From assembly GCA_004322365.1 (NCBI GenBank), contig SCTS01000007.1:18266-82265 (forward strand): a DNA stretch of 64,000 nt. Reading direction: 5' to 3'. The DNA comes from Patescibacteria group bacterium (lineage in GTDB: Bacteria > Patescibacteriota > Minisyncoccia > Phycocordibacterales > Phycocordibacteraceae). The notes beneath the pieces were generated by a model. The model searched no databases and was not told where the DNA came from. It was given only the letters and a program-made list of their open reading frames with translations. Shown piece after piece: positions 62,855 to 64,000 of this stretch. The translations under genes and the position numbers were made by a program. Position 1 is the first letter of the stretch, and each line of letters begins with the position of its first letter.

Positions 62855-63778
62855 ATGAACTTCTTTAAAAAATACGCGCCATTCCTCGTTCTTTTTGCAG
62901 CAATGTTATGGGCAACAGATGCCCCCTTTCGCCTCCACTTAACAGAAGGGCTTTCCAGTAACTTTATTGTTCTTGGAGAGCATTTCATTGCAATCCTATT
63001 TGTCTTGCCAATATTACTTCTCAACTGGAGAGAACTAAAAAAACTGAAACTAAAGGAATGGCTCGCTGTTCTTTTCATTGCTATCGGCGGAAGTGCTCTT
63101 GCTTCAGTTGCCTTTACGCAAGCATTTCATTACCTCAACCCATCAGTAGCTATTCTTCTACAGAAACTTCAACCATTTATGGTAATCGGCTTAGCGGCAG
63201 TTGTCCTTAAAGAAACTCTTGGTCGCAGGTTTTGGCTTTTCGCCGTTGTATCGATTATAGGAGCGTACCTAATCTCATTCCCAAACTTCATTCCTCAAAC
63301 CTATCCAGGGGAGACATTTAATGCAAACCTGCTTGGTGTAGGACTTGCACTCATCGCTGCATTCTTCTGGGGTGCATCGACGGTGTTTGGAAAATTGGTA
63401 CTCAACAAAACAAACTTCAAGGTAATGACGGGATTACGATTTTCCGTTGCGTTTATCTTTCTTATTTTCTTGAACCTATTTCAGCAATCATTCCCCGATT
63501 GGAGCACCGTCACCTCTACTGACTACCTCTTCATCGGTATCATCGGTATCACCTCAGGTGTAGTATCTCTCTTCATTTACTACAAAGGTCTCGAAAACAC
63601 GAGTGCATCTGTCGCAACAATGGCAGAGCTCGGATTCCCTCTTGGAGCGGTCGTTGTGAATTGGATATTTTTGGGCGCCATATTACTCCCTATGCAAATT
63701 TTTGGCATGGCAATTCTGCTCTTGGGTGTATACGGGCTCGCAAAATATAACGGCGAGGTTAAAGGGGTTAGCGTTTAG
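62855..63778 (+). CDS. EamA/DMT-family transporter (10 TM)
   Basis: Two EamA-like halves. 307 aa. Confidence 0.8.
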   Translation: MNFFKKYAPFLVLFAAMLWATDAPFRLHLTEGLSSNFIVLGEHFIAILFVLPILLLNWRELKKLKLKEWLAVLFIAIGGSALASVAFTQAFHYLNPSVAILLQKLQPFMVIGLAAVVLKETLGRRFWLFAVVSIIGAYLISFPNFIPQTYPGETFNANLLGVGLALIAAFFWGASTVFGKLVLNKTNFKVMTGLRFSVAFIFLIFLNLFQQSFPDWSTVTSTDYLFIGIIGITSGVVSLFIYYKGLENTSASVATMAELGFPLGAVVVNWIFLGAILLPMQIFGMAILLLGVYGLAKYNGEVKGVSV

Positions 63779-63780
63779 GA

Positions 63781-63853
63781 TTTAGGGAGCTCGAAGCTAG
63801 GGGGCTTCTGAATTTATTTCTCTAAACACTGGCCACTAACCCCTCGCCCCTAG
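63781..63853. repeat. modular repeat block TTTAGGGAGCTCGAAGCTAGGGGGCTTCTG … TTCTCTAAACACTGGCCACTAACC
   Basis: Shares the CTAGGG and TTCTCTAAAC…CCACTAAC modules with other intergenic sites. Confidence 0.6.
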
Positions 63854-64000
63854 TTTTTCTATTTCCTCAATTGATTTATTGCGGTGTATGATTTCGTCAT
63901 TTCTCACTGACCTGAAAAAATCATATTGGTTCGAAGCTTCCCTGCCGTACCATTCAAGATATTTGCTTGCCATCGGTTTCTTTTTCAATTCTTCCGCATT
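63850..64000 (-). CDS. possible 3' end of a minus-strand gene continuing beyond the window (…SIEEIEKLGARG*), or a short ORF starting at 63973
   Basis: Open reading frame to the window edge. Charged helical sequence. Confidence 0.25.

Overview
This 64-kb window appears to come from a small-genome, CPR/Parcubacteria-like bacterium. That assignment is inferred from gene content: short housekeeping proteins, no rplA next to rplK or rplJ, a 23S rRNA gene with no 16S gene upstream, and large Thr/Ser-rich surface proteins. The window opens inside a minus-strand 23S rRNA gene. After that it is mostly core genes: rplJ-rplL, ftsK, recA, an ECF sigma factor, efp, rpsF-ssb-rpsR, tatD, metG, glyQS, recO, ileS, argS, glyA, tmk-thyA-dcd-folA, secE-nusG-rplK, a Zur-like regulator with a ZIP transporter, purA, rplS, rluA, uppS, pilM-N-O, ruvX and an aldo-keto reductase. 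Five tRNAs are present (His, Leu, Val, Arg, Ser). Features worth a second look:
(1) A family of homologous, hairpin-rich cassettes of about 150-190 bp sits at the 3' ends of tRNA-His, tRNA-Arg and tRNA-Ser. Each ends in a conserved TTAGnGACTCGTGAC box followed by a partial duplicate of the tRNA T-loop-to-3'-end segment, as expected for tRNA-targeting insertion. At tRNA-Ser a second tandem insertion carries a nuclease gene.
(2) Homing-endonuclease-like genes of three families abut tRNA genes: LAGLIDADG, HNH and a PD-(D/E)xK-like nuclease.
(3) IleS carries an embedded histidine-phosphatase (PGAM-type RHG) domain.
(4) Two unlinked genes share a near-identical palindromic operator overlapping TATAAT boxes: a wHTH/degenerate-nucleotidyltransferase gene and a CofE-like ligase gene.
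(5) A modular vocabulary of heptamer-like repeats (AGGTTCT, AGGTTTC, AGCTGAA, CTAAACGCT) occupies intergenic junctions throughout.
(6) A CofE-like gene is paired with a DHFR-fold gene twice.
(7) A 35-bp perfect palindrome sits upstream of the Fur-family regulator.
No CRISPR array, integrase or transposase was recognised.
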